Numbered from the stretch's first letter, positions 45,740-55,725 are shown. The stretch: 64,000 bases of DNA from Candidatus Latescibacterota bacterium (GCA_965242865.1 CBDETK010000013.1:544001-608000), one strand, 5' to 3'. Notes: generated from the letters alone by a model not told the origin. Numbers and translations are program-made.

Positions 45740-48015
45740 CGGGTCGCATCCGCGCCTTGTGCTTGGCCGGCCTTTGCTTCGGCTGCCAAGCTGCGCCCGA
45801 GGCCGAAAGCGACCGCGTCTATGCCGAGGCCCTGCGCCTGCTGCACCAAGGCCGGTTCGCCGCGGCCGCCGATCGCTTCGAGCACGTCGTCCGCTTGGCG
45901 CCCGACAGCGCGATTGCCCAGATCCGCCGCGGCGAAGCCCTGCTCCGCCAAGGCCGGTGGCAGAGCGCGGGCCGCTTGCTCGACGAGCTGCCGACGCCGG
46001 CGCGCCAGCGGCCCGAGGCCCGCCTCCTCGAAGCGCGGCTCCTCGCCTTTGGCGGTTTTGCCCGCGAAGCCGAGCTGGCCGTCAACGAGGTCCTCGACCA
46101 ATATCCCCACTCGCTCGACGGTCGCCTGCTGCTGGCCGAGCTATACCTACAGGCCGCCGCGACCATGAACCTAGAGCGCGCCACAGCCCTGTGCAGCCAA
46201 GCACTGGCCGCCCAACCCCAGCGCCGCGACGCGCATTACCTCTTAGTCCAAGCCACGCTGCGCCTCGGCCGCTTTCCCGCGGCCTTGGAGCGCAGCCGCT
46301 CGTTGCTCGACGCCTATCCAGACGACGGTCGCGCCTATCTCTTGGCCGGCACGGCCGCCTTCTGGGCCGGCGACGACCGCGCCCGGCCTTGGCTCGAAAG
46401 AGCGGTTGATTTGCTGGAATCGCTCGACCGGCTAGAGGCCCTGTGGCTGCTCAAACTGGCCCACGAGCGACAGGGGCCGGCTGCGTCAGCGCTGCGGCCG
46501 CGCCACCGCTTTCCCCTGCATCCCTCAGGGCCAGCCGCGACCGACGTGCGCTTTGTCGATGTGGCCGCTCGCGTGGGCGTGGCCAAAAAGGATCGCGGCC
46601 GCGGCAGCGCTTGGCTCGACTTTGACGGCGATGGCGACTTCGATCTGTTCAGCGTTGGCATCCAAGCCGAACACGCGCTGTACCGCAACGACCGTGGCCG
46701 ATTTCGCGAGGTGGCCCACGCGGCCGGGCTCGCCGATGCCCGCGGCGGTTGGGCGGCCGCGAGCGCGGACTTTGACAACGACGGGGACGACGATCTCTTT
46801 GTCAGCCGCGACGCTTGGGAGGGCCGCGCGCCCAACTCGCTGTACCGAAACGATGCGGGCGCATTCCGCGACGTGGGCTTGGCCGATTCCAGCGACAGCT
46901 TTACGGCCGCTTGGCTCGACTTCGACCGCGATGGATACCTCGATTTGTACGTGGCCAACGGCGTCACGGGTTCGGGCGCGCCAAACGCCCTCCTGCACAA
47001 CCAGCAAACCGGCGCGTTCCTCAACGTAGCCGCAGCGGCTGCGGTCGCCGATTCGGGCAAGACCATTGGCACGGCCGCGGGCGACTTTGACGGCGACGGC
47101 TGGACCGACTTGTACGCGGTCAACATCGGCCAACTCAACCGCCTCTATCGCAACCTCGGCGACGGCACCTTTGCCGACATAGCCGAGCGCGCTGGCGTCC
47201 TTTTTCCGGTGGAAGGCGGGTATGTGGCGTTCTCGTTTGACCTTGACAACGACGGGCATCTCGACCTATTTGCTTCCACTATGAGCGCCTTTCCCGATGT
47301 CCTCAACAGCATGGTCACCGGTGAGGCCATTGAGCCGAACCGGCCCTTTCTCTATCGCAACTTGGGCGACGGCACCTTTGCCGACATCACAGTCGCGGCC
47401 GGGCTCAACCGTTCGTTCGGCAGCATGGGCGCGGGGCTGGGCGATATAGACAACGACGGCTTCGTCGATATGTACCTCGCCAACGGCGGCCCGCAAATGG
47501 CCCGCCTCGAACCCAACGCGCTGTTCCGCAACTTGGGCGACGGCACCTTTGCCGACATTACGGCCGCAACCGGCACCGGCAGCCTCGGCAAGGGCCACGG
47601 GGCCACCTTTGCCGACTTTGATCGAGACGGCGACTTGGACCTCTACGCTGGCTTGGGAGGCCACTACGACGCCGACACGTGGGCCAACGCGCTCTATCGC
47701 AACGACGGCCCGGCGCGGCACTACCTAGCCATTGAGCTGGTGGGGACCGAGGCCAACCGCAGTGCCCTCGGCGTGCGCGTCGCAGCCTTTGCCGAGGGCC
47801 GCGCCATCCGCGCCCAGCGCCAGAGCGGCTTTGGCTTTGGCAGCAGCAATGAGCCGCTTTTGCACCTCGGGCTGGGGTCGGCTACCCGCGTCGATAGCCT
47901 GCACGTGCTGTGGCCCGGTCAGCCCCCTCAGCGCTTCTTTGACCTGCCCGTCAATAGCCACATCCGCATCGTCCAACGCGAGGCGCACTACCAAGTTGTC
48001 AGGAGGGCACCATGA
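45736..48015 (+). CDS. TPR plus FG-GAP/CRTAC1-like beta-propeller plus ASPIC/UnbV domain lipoprotein
   Basis: Repeated DFDxDGxxDL and LYRNLGDGTF.D motifs; C-terminal SGFG..S...LHLGLG....D...V.WP. Confidence 0.9.
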   Translation: MTGRIRALCLAGLCFGCQAAPEAESDRVYAEALRLLHQGRFAAAADRFEHVVRLAPDSAIAQIRRGEALLRQGRWQSAGRLLDELPTPARQRPEARLLEARLLAFGGFAREAELAVNEVLDQYPHSLDGRLLLAELYLQAAATMNLERATALCSQALAAQPQRRDAHYLLVQATLRLGRFPAALERSRSLLDAYPDDGRAYLLAGTAAFWAGDDRARPWLERAVDLLESLDRLEALWLLKLAHERQGPAASALRPRHRFPLHPSGPAATDVRFVDVAARVGVAKKDRGRGSAWLDFDGDGDFDLFSVGIQAEHALYRNDRGRFREVAHAAGLADARGGWAAASADFDNDGDDDLFVSRDAWEGRAPNSLYRNDAGAFRDVGLADSSDSFTAAWLDFDRDGYLDLYVANGVTGSGAPNALLHNQQTGAFLNVAAAAAVADSGKTIGTAAGDFDGDGWTDLYAVNIGQLNRLYRNLGDGTFADIAERAGVLFPVEGGYVAFSFDLDNDGHLDLFASTMSAFPDVLNSMVTGEAIEPNRPFLYRNLGDGTFADITVAAGLNRSFGSMGAGLGDIDNDGFVDMYLANGGPQMARLEPNALFRNLGDGTFADITAATGTGSLGKGHGATFADFDRDGDLDLYAGLGGHYDADTWANALYRNDGPARHYLAIELVGTEANRSALGVRVAAFAEGRAIRAQRQSGFGFGSSNEPLLHLGLGSATRVDSLHVLWPGQPPQRFFDLPVNSHIRIVQREAHYQVVRRAP

Positions 48016-51002
48016 GGCTCTTAGCGTTGCTCGTCCTTTGCTCGGCGTCGCTGGCCACAGTCCAAGCCCAACAGGGCCACCGCGTCACCAGCCGCTCGGT
48101 AGAAGTCAACCGGGCCGCGCACTGGCGCAACTGGCAGTTGCCCACCCACGCGGTGAAGGTGTCGCCAGCGGGCGTGGTTGAGCCGCACTTTTTCCGCGCC
48201 CGCTTCAACCTGCTCGACGATCTAGCGACCTTTACCCGCCCCATCCCGGATCTGCGCCGCCGCCGCAATCAGACCGCCATCCTCAACATCGACAGCACCC
48301 GAACCCGCGACGTAAAAGGCGAGATCATCCTCGACCGCAAGGGCAACCCCATCTACTCCTACTTCTTTCGCCCGGGCATCAGTCGCGTCGGCTCAAACTC
48401 AGCCGCGGCCGCCCACATCCTCGACGCGGACCCAACCACCTTTTGGGAGCCCGACCCGCAGGCCCCGCTCGACGACTGGTGGATCGAACTGGACTTGGGC
48501 CGCGTGGTGGCCGTCGATTCCCTCGTCCTCCACTTTGTCGAGGAAGAGTTGGGCGACCCCTTCTTCCAGTTCCGAGTCCTCGCCGCGCCCGACCAAGAGC
48601 CGGTGTGGGAAAACGCCGACAAAATCACCTTTGAGCGAATCGCCCACACCAAGGCCCCCAACCGCGACCAACGCACCTTTCGCATCGGCCTCGAACAACT
48701 CGACGCCGACCCGGATTGGCGCGGCAAAATGGTGCAGACCATCCGCATCGTAGTCAGCGATACCCGCGGCGAGCGCGGCGAGCGGCTCAGCGAAGCGGAA
48801 TGGCAGGCCCTGCCCGCGGACGAGCGCGGGGCGATCGTCTATTTCATTCGCGACGAACAGGGCTTTGAAGAGCCGGTCGAGCGCGCGGTTTATGAAAGCC
48901 TCGATGCCCCGCGCCAAGGCCGCCTCGATTACTACCGGCGCGAGCGGCCGCGCCTCGCCGGAATCGAGGTGCATGGGTTTGGCGACAACATCAGCAGCGG
49001 CTTGGTGGCCGGCGGCGGCCAGCTCGACCTGACCGGCGACGGCTTTTTGCCGGGGCCGGCTTTTGACGCGGATTTCAACACCAGCTTCCTGCACCTCGTG
49101 TGGTCGCCGACCATTGACCGCGGCGTGCTCACCGTTGACTTGGGCGCGTCGTTTTGGCTCGACGCCATGCGGATTTCCTCGGCCCGGCCCCAGCCTTTTA
49201 TCGACGGCTACCTGATCCGCGGCTCCGACGGCTCGCGCGACACCCGCGGCAAAATCAAGTGGGCGCGGCTAAGCCCCCGCTTTCGCGAGGACAACAGCAC
49301 CGATCGCTTTGAGCACATCGTCGATACCTACCCCCACAGCCCCAAGCTCCGCTTCCTCGAAGTGAGCATCGTCTCGTCGGACCCGCGCCGCCGAGGGGGC
49401 TACAACACCGGGCCGACCATTGCCGAGTACCAGCTTTTTTCCACCGGCTACCCCGCGCAAGTCGCGCTGACTTCCGACCTGATCGCGCTGCCTGGGGCGC
49501 GCAACTTTGGGGCCATCACTTGGGAAGCCGAGACGCCCCCGGGCACGACCGTCGCCGTCCGCACCCGCACCGGCGACTTGCTGGGCAAGGTCATCCGCTA
49601 CTTCGACAAAACGGGCAACGAAATCGCCTACGATGCGTGGAAAAACCTCTTGGGCAGCTTCAAGGGGCCAGCCGACACCTCCTTCGTCCCCACCAGCGGC
49701 TGGAGCCCGTGGAGCCGCGCCTATCAGCAGCCCGGCGACATGGTCACCTCCCCCGGCCTACGCAAGTTCATGCAGTTCCAAGTCGAGATGATCACCACCG
49801 ACCGCACGGTCGCCTCGTCAATCCGCTCCCTCGCCGTCGAGCTCCTCCACCCCGTAGCCCAACGCATCACCGCCGAGTTGTGGCCGCCCTCCGTGGCGGC
49901 CTCCGGGGTGCGGGAAACCTTTGACGTCTTCGCCCAGCCCACTTTCATCGAGTCGCCAGCGCGCTCGCGCAGCACGGGCTTCAACGAAATCCTGCTGACC
50001 ATGCCGGCCTCGGACCAGCTCGAACTCGTGGAGCTGGGCATTGCCGGCCCGGCCGGCGAACGAGTCTTTCGCCCCGCCGCCGCCGACTCAGCGCGAATCG
50101 CGCTGTTGGCCAATGGCGGCGACTCGATCTGGGTGCGCCTAGACGACGCGCTCAACATCCTGCCAGCGGCCCGCCGCACGTACCATCGCATTGCCCTCGA
50201 AGGCGAAGAGGTGCCGGTTACGCAAGGCGGCTTGCCGCTTACGGGCGCGGCCTATGGCACCCTCGACCAAGACGAGCGCGGCGCCATCCGCTACTTCCGC
50301 CGCACCGGCGACCGGCTCAGCGAAATCGACCAAACTAGCTACCAGAGCCTGCCCAGCGCGGAGCAAGGCCCGATCCGCTACTTCCGCATTCTGCGCGGCG
50401 ACGGCGCCCAGTTCCCCTTTAACGCGCTCGGCGACTCGCTCGACTTGGTCGCGTACAATCGCCTTTCCGCGCCCCAGCGCGGCCTAGTCGCCGGCCCGGG
50501 TCCGCGCCTGCGCGTGCGTCTGTCCGCCCCGGTCTTTCTCAACGGCACGACCTTGCGCCTGTTCGTGCGCCACGCGGCCACCGCCAGCGCCGACGCTGCG
50601 TGGCAGGCCGTTGAAGCGGGCAACGCGGCCGACAGCGTCGCCAGCAACACGCTTTCGATCAACGTCCCCATCGACGGCGAGCTCGTTCAGGGCCTCGCCG
50701 TCGGTCCCAACCCGTTTACGCCCAACGGCGACGGGATCAACGACGCGGCTGAAATCTCGCTGGAGATCTTCAAGCTCACGTCGAGTCGCCGCCTCCAAGT
50801 GCGCATGTACGCGCTCGATGGGCGGCGGGTTTGGCAGCGCGAGGAAATGGTGTTGAGCGGCCGCACCGCAGTGCGTTGGGACGGCAGCGATGACCGGGGC
50901 CGCCGAGTGCCGCCCGGGCTGTATCTGTGCCAAGTCCAGCTCGAGGCCGACGCCACTGGCTTCCCGACGAGCCAAGCGCGGGTTATCGCCGTGGCCTACT
51001 GA
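48012..51002 (+). CDS. Large secreted protein with discoidin-like segment and FlgD-Ig-like C-terminal domain
   Basis: Signal peptide; LDADPTTFW...WIELDLGR; C-terminal PNPFTPNGDGIND...WDGSDDRGRRVPPGLYL. Confidence 0.85.
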   Translation: MRLLALLVLCSASLATVQAQQGHRVTSRSVEVNRAAHWRNWQLPTHAVKVSPAGVVEPHFFRARFNLLDDLATFTRPIPDLRRRRNQTAILNIDSTRTRDVKGEIILDRKGNPIYSYFFRPGISRVGSNSAAAAHILDADPTTFWEPDPQAPLDDWWIELDLGRVVAVDSLVLHFVEEELGDPFFQFRVLAAPDQEPVWENADKITFERIAHTKAPNRDQRTFRIGLEQLDADPDWRGKMVQTIRIVVSDTRGERGERLSEAEWQALPADERGAIVYFIRDEQGFEEPVERAVYESLDAPRQGRLDYYRRERPRLAGIEVHGFGDNISSGLVAGGGQLDLTGDGFLPGPAFDADFNTSFLHLVWSPTIDRGVLTVDLGASFWLDAMRISSARPQPFIDGYLIRGSDGSRDTRGKIKWARLSPRFREDNSTDRFEHIVDTYPHSPKLRFLEVSIVSSDPRRRGGYNTGPTIAEYQLFSTGYPAQVALTSDLIALPGARNFGAITWEAETPPGTTVAVRTRTGDLLGKVIRYFDKTGNEIAYDAWKNLLGSFKGPADTSFVPTSGWSPWSRAYQQPGDMVTSPGLRKFMQFQVEMITTDRTVASSIRSLAVELLHPVAQRITAELWPPSVAASGVRETFDVFAQPTFIESPARSRSTGFNEILLTMPASDQLELVELGIAGPAGERVFRPAAADSARIALLANGGDSIWVRLDDALNILPAARRTYHRIALEGEEVPVTQGGLPLTGAAYGTLDQDERGAIRYFRRTGDRLSEIDQTSYQSLPSAEQGPIRYFRILRGDGAQFPFNALGDSLDLVAYNRLSAPQRGLVAGPGPRLRVRLSAPVFLNGTTLRLFVRHAATASADAAWQAVEAGNAADSVASNTLSINVPIDGELVQGLAVGPNPFTPNGDGINDAAEISLEIFKLTSSRRLQVRMYALDGRRVWQREEMVLSGRTAVRWDGSDDRGRRVPPGLYLCQVQLEADATGFPTSQARVIAVAY

Positions 51003-51110
51003 TCGAGGAGGAGGAGCTTGCGACGATCACAATCGGTCCTGCATACTAGTTAGGTGGTAACGGTCAATCCGGCCCACGCTTCTTGGCTGTATCCTCACTG
51101 TGAGCATAGC

Positions 51111-51600
51111 GGGAAGTTATATACTTGATACCGGAAATTAGGGCCGTTATAATATGCTAACCATCTAACGGAGGATGAATGATGACACAACCTATCGTCA
51201 GCAACTACGACCTGTTCCGCTTGTTTTCTGGCGAAGACGAGGAGTCAGCACGCACCCGGTTGGAATCCGTGCGTTGGGGCGGCCATATAATTTGTCCCCA
51301 TTGCGGCAGCCACAACATCTATACTAGAACTGGCAAGCGTACGGGGATCCATGACTGCCGCGATTGCCTCTCGTACTTCAGCGTCCGGACGGGGACGGTC
51401 TTTGAGAACTCACGCATTGCGTTGCGGGATTGGATTCACGCAATTTATCTACTGATGACGGCACACAAGGACATAAGCAGCATCCAGTTGTCAAAGGAGA
51501 TGGGCGTAACTCAGAAAACGGGATGGCTTATACTGCACAGACTGCATACCGCTTGCGGGGGGAATATGGAAGCCCTGCGTGGAATGGTTGGAGGTGCGGG
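51111..51600 (+). mobile_element. Truncated IS1595-family element: candidate left end plus transposase Zn-ribbon/HTH, DDE domain absent
   Basis: RWGG..CPHCG...CRDC...FSVRTGTVFE.S...SSIQLSKEMGVTQKTGW..LHRL, ending at LRGMV where the E.DE motif should follow; GGGAAGTTATATACTTGATACC upstream. Confidence 0.8.
51125..51153 (+). promoter_or_regulatory. Near-consensus sigma70 promoter of the IS1595/RM unit
   Basis: TTGATA (51125-51130), 17 nt, TATAAT (51148-51153); GGAGG RBS at 51170-51174. Confidence 0.75.
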
Positions 51601-52471
51601 TCCAATGAGCAGGCTCGACGCCGGCTTGAGCCACGTCATGTCCTATCGCCCCGAGCATTTAACTGAGAACCCGTGTATCCTCGTCCAAGGCGACGCCACA
51701 AAGAGGGACACCCTGAAACGCGAATGCGCGGACTTGATCGTTACATCGCCGCCTTACAACATAGGCAAAGCCTACAATGGGTATGCGGAAGCCGATGAAA
51801 AATCCTACGACGATTATTTGAAGTTCTCTAAAAAGTGGCTGCGGAACTGCTACTTTTGGACTCGACCAACCGGCCGTCTATGTGTCAATGTGTCAATTGA
51901 CAAAAATCGCAACGGAAAAGTCCCACTATCCGCCGATATAACCAAAATAGCAATGGATGCCGGATGGTCTTATCATGCTACCATTATATGGAACGAGGGA
52001 AACATTAGCCGTCGGACGGCTTGGGGCAGTTGGAAATCTGCTAGCGCACCGCACATCATCGCGCCGGTTGAAACAATTATTGTCCTCTATAAGGGCCGCT
52101 GGAAGCGGGAACGACAGGGTACGAGTGACATTAGCGGAGAAGAGTTCAAGGATTGGGTATTGGGAGTTTGGAATTTTAACGGTGAAAGTGCAAAACGGAT
52201 TGGGCACGAAGCCCCGTTCCCACGTGCCTTACCGGAGCGGTGCATTAAGTTGCTATCTTTTCCCGGCGATACCGTGCTCGATCCATTTGCTGGCTCTGGT
52301 ACCACCTTGATAGAGGCGGTGGAACGCGGGCGGAGTGCGCTTGGGATCGAGCTAGAAAAGAAATACTGCGACCTGATTAAGCAAAGGATTGAAAAGGAAT
52401 GCAAAGTGAGATTGGAGACATCACAACAGGTGACGCCGGCGAAATCTACACTTCTCTGCTGGGCGGCATAG
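51179..52471 (+). CDS. IS1595 transposase N-terminus fused in frame to a beta-class N4/N6 DNA methyltransferase
   Basis: Single 430-aa ORF; TSPPYN (motif IV) precedes DPFAGSGTT (motif I); HEAPFP. Confidence 0.9.
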   Translation: MMTQPIVSNYDLFRLFSGEDEESARTRLESVRWGGHIICPHCGSHNIYTRTGKRTGIHDCRDCLSYFSVRTGTVFENSRIALRDWIHAIYLLMTAHKDISSIQLSKEMGVTQKTGWLILHRLHTACGGNMEALRGMVGGAGPMSRLDAGLSHVMSYRPEHLTENPCILVQGDATKRDTLKRECADLIVTSPPYNIGKAYNGYAEADEKSYDDYLKFSKKWLRNCYFWTRPTGRLCVNVSIDKNRNGKVPLSADITKIAMDAGWSYHATIIWNEGNISRRTAWGSWKSASAPHIIAPVETIIVLYKGRWKRERQGTSDISGEEFKDWVLGVWNFNGESAKRIGHEAPFPRALPERCIKLLSFPGDTVLDPFAGSGTTLIEAVERGRSALGIELEKKYCDLIKQRIEKECKVRLETSQQVTPAKSTLLCWAA

Positions 52472-52980
52472 CTTCCTATCGCTCCGCGCATGAGTTCATA
52501 GGCACTGCCTACGAGATGTATCTATCCGGGTATCCAACTAACCCAAGCGTCAATGGCAAAGTATTTGAACTGCTCGTATTTGAAACCTTGGTACGCGAGA
52601 ATGTGCTCCCGTTTTACTATCAAGCGCAGATCTCCCTCGTTCCAAACGTCGTCTTCGATTTTGTCTGTTTTAACCTCAGAAAACCTGTCGTTCTCTCGTG
52701 CAAGGTCTCGTTGCGCGAACGCTACAAACAGGCCGACCTTGAAGGTACGGTCTTGCGGCAAGTCTATCGCTTGGCCGAAAGTTATCTCTTGACGTTAAGC
52801 GATGAACAAACGGGAGTTCAGGACAAGATCGTGAAAGGGGACATTGCTGGCTTGGCCTCTTGCATCCGAGCGGATTCCGAACAGTACACCCGCCTGCTGG
52901 CCGAACTCTCCAAACGCGAGTTTGTAGAGGCGAGCCCTATAAAGCCGTTGTGCGGTTCGTTATTTTCGTTATCCCAGTAA
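52399..52980 (+). CDS. Putative type II restriction endonuclease (PD-(D/E)XK variant)
   Basis: NGKVFE, VFDF...LSCKVSLRERYKQADLE resembling the K.S.RER motif of EcoRII/Cfr10I-type enzymes; overlaps the MTase 3' end. Confidence 0.75.
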   Translation: MQSEIGDITTGDAGEIYTSLLGGIASYRSAHEFIGTAYEMYLSGYPTNPSVNGKVFELLVFETLVRENVLPFYYQAQISLVPNVVFDFVCFNLRKPVVLSCKVSLRERYKQADLEGTVLRQVYRLAESYLLTLSDEQTGVQDKIVKGDIAGLASCIRADSEQYTRLLAELSKREFVEASPIKPLCGSLFSLSQ

Positions 52981-53048
52981 ACCGTTGCCTAACGCCCGGG
53001 GCCAATTATCATTAGCCCCGAGGTACTTCCACTAAGGAGGGATTGCAG

Positions 53049-55712
53049 GTGAACCGGAGATGGATATGCCAGACGGCAATCGCCGTCCTGTGGCTCGGCA
53101 GTGCGACCGCCGACGCCCAGACCTATGGAGCGCGCACGGGCACGGTCAAACGAGGCGGGGTGGTTTCCTTTGAGCCCCAGGGGCCGGGCGTCCTGTTCGA
53201 TGCTCTCGACCCGGCCAAGCGCCGGTGGTACGTGCCGCAAGAGCTGTTTAACGAATACCAGTGGCGGCAATGGGAATACTCCAACTACGCCCGCGATCAC
53301 TACCAGCGCTACGTCAGCGCCATCCACGAGGGCGATTACTACTACGACCTCTACGGCAACCTCATCACCCGCGGCTGGCTGATTTTCAACAACTCCCAGA
53401 CCCAGCCCCGGCAGTTTGGCTCTTCGGTGCTGAAGTCTGGAAAATTCGAGGGCTGGTTTAGCGGCTTGGTCGTCTCGGCCGACTCTCGGGGCCAGCACCA
53501 CTACGCCCTGACGGCCGGCACCAAGATCCGCTCGACCCTGACGCCGATGACCTTTTCCAAGCCGCGCTGGGACGGCATTCAATTCGACTACGCGGCCGAC
53601 AAATACCAAGGCACCCTGATTTACTCGCGCATCAGCCGCCCCGGGGGCACGTCGACCAACGATCAAGAGAGCTTGGTCACCAACGCCACGTCCATGTTCG
53701 GCAGCCGCGTCACCGCGCAGGTGGGCGACTTTGCCACGCTCGGTTTGACCATGGTCAACGCCCACCAGTCCAACACCCTCATCGACGGCTTTACCGGCAA
53801 CCCCTTCACCGGCGAGCTATCGGTCGATCAAAACCAGACCGTCTCGATCATCGAGATCGTCTTGCGCGACGACAGCCCGGCCGATGGGGTCGGCGGCGCG
53901 GCCTTCTTCAGCGCCGGCTCGGACATCATCATCACCTATCTCGACGGCACCCAAGAAAACGGCAAGGCCATTCGCTTTGAGCCGATCGTCGAGGGCGGCC
54001 TCGTGGGCGAAGGCTTCCTTTCGGCCGACGGCGTCGAGGAAATTCGCCTGCGCTACGACTTTGACAGCCCGGCCTTTGTCAACCGCGCTTCCGGGACCAA
54101 AGAAGAGATCAAAAAGGTCGAGTTCCGCCTCGTGCTGGGCAACGACTATCAGGTCTGGGTTACCTCCGACAGCCAGCTCAACGCGAGCGGCGAGTCCGTG
54201 CTGTTGCTCGTCGCCCAAGCCGCGGGCAACGTGCGAGACAACACCAATTTGCAGATCGTCAGCTTCGACTATGGCCTCCCGACCTCCACCCAGATCTGGG
54301 GAGCCACCCTAGAACTGAAAAAGGTCCTCGGCTTTGACTTCTACGGCGAGTACGACCTTAGCTACAGCTACACCAAATACCCCAATGTGGTTGCCAAGAC
54401 CCACACCACCTTTTCGGGCATCCGCGGCGACCGGGCTGCGGCCGCGTGGATGATAAACCTGTCGCGGGCCGCGTTTCCCTTCTTCTTCTTGGGCGAGGCG
54501 TACAGCATGGATCCGCGCTACTCCACCCGCACGTTCACCGCCCAAGGCGATGGCTTTATCGACTACGAGGACGAGCGCATCCACGTGGTCGAGCTCGTCG
54601 AGGACAACGACGACCAAGACGAATTTCCCGACACCGTGCGCAAGGACTGGCAGACCGGCGACCCAAGCGTCTTTCCCGGCTGGGACGAGAACAACGACTT
54701 CATCTCGGATTTCAATCAGAACGACAACCGCTTCTTGAGCAACCTCATCCCAGACTACGAGGAGCCGTTTTTGCGCCACAACGTCGATCGGCCCGAATTC
54801 CTCTTCGGCATTGACCTAAACAACAACCTGTGGGTCGATCGCTTTGAAAACGACGAACTACCCGACTATCCCTACAAGAAGGATCACCGCGGGTACAACG
54901 CCTACGGCGGCGTCCACCTCACCCCAGAGGTGCGGCTGATGGTCGGCGTCTTGCGCGAGGGCCTCATTTCTTCCAATCAGAAAAACCACGCCAATTACGC
55001 CTTGCTGACCCTCGACCGCCACACGCCCACTTGGGGGCGCTTCCGCGTCTTTGAGATGCTCAAATCCACCACCGACGACATTCCCGACGACCTCTTGCAG
55101 TGGCTGCCCAGTGCCAATATCCGCACCGGCGAACCGACCAAGGTCGAGGATCCGCTCATCGCCCGCGACGCTTGGATCAACAGCCTGTGGATCGGCCACG
55201 ACTACGAGCTGCGCGGCCTGCTGACGGCCAATTTTATCAAGTACGACCTGTACCACTCGCGGCTCAGCGCCAACGAGCGCGCGCTGTTGGGCCTGCGCCA
55301 GCGCGACTTTTTCTTTGGCCTGATCAACAAGATCAGCTACCGCTTCGACTTTGGCCGCCTGTGGCTGGAGCCGCGCTGGAAAAGCGAGTACCGCCGCCAA
55401 AGCCGCGACCTGATTGCGGCCGAAAAGCGCACCGAGCTAGCCGAGATCGGCGGCTTTATCCTCGGCTTTCCCCTGCTGAGCCACACGAACCTGCTGAGCG
55501 GGCTGGAGCTGACCTTCCTCAACGACATGGAGCGCGACTCCAACGACTTCAACGGCCTAGTCTGGGCCTTGCAGCTATCCAATATCTCCGATTACCTCGG
55601 CTACAAGGTCACGACCCATGCGGGCATGAAAATCGACCGCCACCAGCCCCGGGGCGAGGACGCCGTGATCATTAACCAGTTCTTCATTTCCATCTACGCC
55701 GGCTTGCAATAA
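53049..55712 (+). CDS. Large exported protein, probable outer-membrane beta-barrel with Ca-binding loops
   Basis: AAGGAGG RBS, GTG start, signal peptide; alternating beta-strand pattern ending FISIYAGLQ; DNDDQD, DENNDFISD, DLNNNLWVD. Confidence 0.7.
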   Translation: MNRRWICQTAIAVLWLGSATADAQTYGARTGTVKRGGVVSFEPQGPGVLFDALDPAKRRWYVPQELFNEYQWRQWEYSNYARDHYQRYVSAIHEGDYYYDLYGNLITRGWLIFNNSQTQPRQFGSSVLKSGKFEGWFSGLVVSADSRGQHHYALTAGTKIRSTLTPMTFSKPRWDGIQFDYAADKYQGTLIYSRISRPGGTSTNDQESLVTNATSMFGSRVTAQVGDFATLGLTMVNAHQSNTLIDGFTGNPFTGELSVDQNQTVSIIEIVLRDDSPADGVGGAAFFSAGSDIIITYLDGTQENGKAIRFEPIVEGGLVGEGFLSADGVEEIRLRYDFDSPAFVNRASGTKEEIKKVEFRLVLGNDYQVWVTSDSQLNASGESVLLLVAQAAGNVRDNTNLQIVSFDYGLPTSTQIWGATLELKKVLGFDFYGEYDLSYSYTKYPNVVAKTHTTFSGIRGDRAAAAWMINLSRAAFPFFFLGEAYSMDPRYSTRTFTAQGDGFIDYEDERIHVVELVEDNDDQDEFPDTVRKDWQTGDPSVFPGWDENNDFISDFNQNDNRFLSNLIPDYEEPFLRHNVDRPEFLFGIDLNNNLWVDRFENDELPDYPYKKDHRGYNAYGGVHLTPEVRLMVGVLREGLISSNQKNHANYALLTLDRHTPTWGRFRVFEMLKSTTDDIPDDLLQWLPSANIRTGEPTKVEDPLIARDAWINSLWIGHDYELRGLLTANFIKYDLYHSRLSANERALLGLRQRDFFFGLINKISYRFDFGRLWLEPRWKSEYRRQSRDLIAAEKRTELAEIGGFILGFPLLSHTNLLSGLELTFLNDMERDSNDFNGLVWALQLSNISDYLGYKVTTHAGMKIDRHQPRGEDAVIINQFFISIYAGLQ

Positions 55713-55725
55713 GCGCACAGGACGC

